In this document: piece by piece, positions 61,338 to 64,000 of the stretch
Layout: each line of letters opens with the position of its first letter
Numbering within the stretch: position 1 is the stretch's first letter
Source of the DNA: an uncultured Nitrososphaerota archaeon
Lineage (GTDB): Archaea; Thermoproteota; Nitrososphaeria; Nitrososphaerales; Nitrosopumilaceae
Reading direction: 5' to 3'
DNA: 64,000 nucleotides
NCBI GenBank assembly: GCA_963701075.1
Contig: OY969559.1
Coordinates: 800,001-864,000, forward strand
Notes under the pieces: model-generated
Told to the model about the DNA's origin: nothing
Databases searched by the model: none
Seen by the model: the letters and a program-made list of their open reading frames with translations, nothing else
Translations under genes and position numbers: made by a program

Positions 61338-62297
61338 TTAGTTTTTGGCTAACGCTGGTTTTAGGATAACCTTGATCTTGTATGCAGTCAGAATCTCCTT
61401 GCACCTGTTTCGTATAGTAACCTCGGTAATTCCTGCAACGCTTGAAACATCTCTTTGGAGGACACTTTGTCCGAGCAGTGTTGAGGCGATGTAGAGATAG
61501 GCAGCAGCAAGGCCATTTGGCGCCTTTCCGTCTGCCAGGTTGTGGTCTTCTGTCTTTTCTGCAATCTCAGCAGCAAGTCTTTCTACACGTACATCAAGTT
61601 TTGCGAGATTTGCAATCTTTGATATGTATTTTTCAAGGGTTACTACTGGTGCTGTCTTTGATCCAAGCTCCATCACGAGCATTCTGTAATATTTTGCAGT
61701 CAGTTTTACGTTCATTTTTTCGTCTTTTGTACTTCCAGTTGCAGAGCAAATCTCATCTAGTGATCTTACAACATCGCACTGCTTGCATGCCATGTAAATG
61801 GTTGCAGCTGACATGCAGGCAACAGATTTTCCTTTTGCCTCTGTTTGACCATCAAAGTTTCTGTATATTATTGATGCAGTCTCAATTACGTTTCTTGATA
61901 GTGCCAGTGACTGGCAAGTCTCTCCTATCTTTGAGAGTATGTTTGCAAGTCGTCTCTCTCTTGGAGAGGCAACTCTGATTCTTGTCTGCCACTTTCTTAG
62001 GTTGTACATCTGAAGTGCCATGTCGCTTGAAATTGTTTTTCCGCTAAAGTCTTTGGTTCCTAGTGCTATCTCTGTTCTGATTCCAAGGTCATGTTGTGCA
62101 TAAGTTGTCTGACCGGTTGCTCTTGCAGTTTTCATTTTTTCTTCTGGATTCGTTGATCTTGATTCTGGACCGTAATCTGACATTTGCTCCATTGCTACCA
62201 GTCCGCAGCCAGAACAAATTTTTTCTCCACTATGAATGTCATCAACTAAGGATGATCGACATTCTGGACAATTTGTCTGTAGTTCTGTCATGTTCAT
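61338..62297 (-). CDS. tfb: Transcription initiation factor IIB
   Basis: CPEC..CSGC Zn ribbon and cyclin repeats. Confidence 0.93.
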   Translation of the reverse strand: MNMTELQTNCPECRSSLVDDIHSGEKICSGCGLVAMEQMSDYGPESRSTNPEEKMKTARATGQTTYAQHDLGIRTEIALGTKDFSGKTISSDMALQMYNLRKWQTRIRVASPRERRLANILSKIGETCQSLALSRNVIETASIIYRNFDGQTEAKGKSVACMSAATIYMACKQCDVVRSLDEICSATGSTKDEKMNVKLTAKYYRMLVMELGSKTAPVVTLEKYISKIANLAKLDVRVERLAAEIAEKTEDHNLADGKAPNGLAAAYLYIASTLLGQSVLQRDVSSVAGITEVTIRNRCKEILTAYKIKVILKPALAKN

Positions 62298-62563
62298 CTT
62301 CTATTTCCTCTGAATCTTTTCGGTTTCATCACAGGAGATTCTTCGACGACGTAAACATGCTGTCCGATGTGTCTTTTGATATTGTTGGTAAGCGGAATCG
62401 CGGATGCATACGGCGCATCAACCGGACCTATCATTTCCGAAACTTTGGCTACTTTGGTCCCAGACTTGTCTACTACGATCTGGCCATCATGTAGCGGTTT
62501 AGAAAGTCTAATCAAGACTCTACCGCTATTTGCTAAATGCAATACTTCGCCTACCTCCTGCAA
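62294..62563 (-). CDS. gar1: H/ACA RNP protein Gar1/Naf1
   Basis: VAKVSEMIGPVDAPY; context between srp19 and tfb. Confidence 0.85.
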   Translation of the reverse strand: MQEVGEVLHLANSGRVLIRLSKPLHDGQIVVDKSGTKVAKVSEMIGPVDAPYASAIPLTNNIKRHIGQHVYVVEESPVMKPKRFRGNRR

Positions 62564-62637
62564 TTAGTCAATCAACCTAATACTGTTATCAATAGAGTTC
62601 TGTCAAAATTACTTTAGCTCTAAGCTAGAATAACTGT

Positions 62638-62938
62638 TTACTTGGTCTGTTTCAGCTCTTCGTGATACCATCTTGTCTGAAATTGCAGAAATTATTTTGG
62701 CTTTTGGTTGTACCTTTGCAAGTACAATGTAGCCTGACCTGACATATGGTCTTCTTGGGAATCTTACTTGCTCGTTAGTCTCTGTTGGCTCAAACCCAGC
62801 TGCCTTGGATGCATCTATCAATTCTTTGAGCGAGGGATCGAAAATACTTTTTTCACGTGATACACGTCGGCCCATTTTTTTTGGAAGTGTCTTGTTGAAA
62901 TAATCCAACCAGATTACGACATGTTCGTAATCTTTCAT
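62638..62938 (-). CDS. srp19: SRP19; apparent +1 base at about 62653 extends the ORF-track version
   Basis: VIWLDYF...GRRV..PSLKEL; corrected end RRAKQTK*. Confidence 0.88.
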
Positions 62939-62945
62939 TTTGTAA

Positions 62946-63326
62946 TCACTTTATCAAAATTGCGTTTACTGCACCGTCTTGACCTGGTCTTGAAACTACT
63001 CTGCACTGTCCATCCTCTGTTTCCAAAATTGCGCCCTTTGAAATTACACCACGTCTTTCATAATCAGTGCTTGTTGGGTTTTTTAGAACTTTGAGTATCT
63101 TTACTCTCTTTACCTTTCCATCTTGAACAGCTAGATTTACAAAATCTGTGGTCTTAAGTGAAGTCTTTCTGTTGTAGCCTCGAACTTTTCTTGTAATGGT
63201 AACATGAGGACCTAGAATTGCCTCAACTGAATATCTGTCAATTTCATACTTTCTCCTAGTTCTAAGAGGATATCGTCTGCCTCCAGTTATCTTACTAGTT
63301 GCAAGATTCTCCACAGATTTCTTCAT
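62946..63326 (-). CDS. rps8e: 30S ribosomal protein S8e
   Basis: TGGR, KGAILET, SRPGQDG. Confidence 0.95.
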   Translation of the reverse strand: MKKSVENLATSKITGGRRYPLRTRRKYEIDRYSVEAILGPHVTITRKVRGYNRKTSLKTTDFVNLAVQDGKVKRVKILKVLKNPTSTDYERRGVISKGAILETEDGQCRVVSRPGQDGAVNAILIK

Positions 63327-63388
63327 AAGCAGACGATAAAGTGACTCTAATTTATACCATTTAGAACAAAATGTCACAGCCAGTGTCT

Positions 63389-63982
63389 TTACTGGCTTTG
63401 CTGCGTCATGGATTCTACATCTTCAGCCTGTGGCGGGGATTGGCTTGGAGAACTTTGGTTTGAAGATCTGACTTTTGTGAAAAGTTTCTGTTTTAGCAAA
63501 TCTTTGTCACCTTGGATTCCAAAGTATTTCTGGAATTTTTCTGTCGTGTTGTATATCTTGAGTCTTCCAACATTTTGGTGTTCAATGTATGCTAACTGCT
63601 CAAGCAGCTTGAGATGCAAGTATACACCGGAACCGCGGACCTCGACCAATCTTTTTGATGAAATTGGCTGCATGTATGCAACATATGATAATGTCTTCAA
63701 TGTCGCAGTTGGAAGCAAGGGCTTTGATGCATACTTTCTGATAACAGTATTGTACTCGGGTTTTAGCTGAAATACGTACGAGCCATCGGGCAGAGACGCT
63801 ATCTCTAGTGCCCTAAAGGCAGACTTGGTCTTTTTCACAATTCCTGTCATGAGGGAAAGCGTCTTGGTTCTTGATTCGGTACCAGACGCCTTTATCAGCT
63901 CCTCTATTGTCAGCGGCCTTCCTGCAGAATACAGGGCTGCCTCTAGTCTGGCAATTGCCTCGTCATCTTCTACCTTACCCAT
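63389..63982 (-). CDS. scpB: Segregation/condensation protein B
   Basis: LEAALY, TLSYVAYMQPIS..VRG, TTEKFQKYFG. Confidence 0.9.
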   Translation of the reverse strand: MGKVEDDEAIARLEAALYSAGRPLTIEELIKASGTESRTKTLSLMTGIVKKTKSAFRALEIASLPDGSYVFQLKPEYNTVIRKYASKPLLPTATLKTLSYVAYMQPISSKRLVEVRGSGVYLHLKLLEQLAYIEHQNVGRLKIYNTTEKFQKYFGIQGDKDLLKQKLFTKVRSSNQSSPSQSPPQAEDVESMTQQSQ

Positions 63983-64000
63983 TTATACAAAAAAGGAGGT

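Noticed and set aside
50363-62494. Long antisense ORFs (50363..50782, 52255..52797, 53279..53776, 61442..61978)
   Set aside because: They lie opposite well-supported conserved genes and have no protein-like motifs
4846-62657. Programmed frameshifting or mass pseudogenisation as the cause of the split genes
   Set aside because: No common slippery sequence, core genes such as hemC are affected, and the shared AGCT context fits systematic base-calling error better

Overview
This is archaeal DNA. Gene content (TFB paralogues, SRP19, Gar1, S8e, an IPxWIKNNAxWW surface domain, a cupredoxin, a thaumarchaeal-type Rieske protein) points to an ammonia-oxidising Nitrososphaeria, possibly Nitrosotalea-like; this assignment is inference. 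Core blocks are hemL-hemC-cobA-hemD, sufB-sufD-ferredoxin-sufS-sufU, pgk, ChdC-like/ahbAB/sirC-hemA-hemB, an intron-containing tRNA-Leu(CAA), sufC and tfb-gar1-srp19-rps8e-scpB. Two accessory regions (about 0-15 kb and 25.5-42.4 kb) are rich in paralogues, gene fragments and inverted repeats. Main observations: (1) a 14-bp motif, ATTGCAGTGTRTAC, sits exactly 8 nt upstream of TATA boxes of SRPBCC, wHTH and roadblock-like genes, in a window carrying four RHH + putative ligand-domain regulators, suggesting an undescribed regulon; (2) two paralogous 47-aa CxC-repeat metallothionein-like genes are missing from the ORF track; (3) 2-4 kb modules are bounded by inverted repeats, including a perfect 146-bp pair around an orphan Rieske cassette; (4) nine apparent +1 frameshifts all fall in or next to AGCT, probably methylation-induced base-calling errors; (5) a shared TTAG-N6-CTAA box lies upstream of the separated sufB and sufC. 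All comparisons were made by eye.
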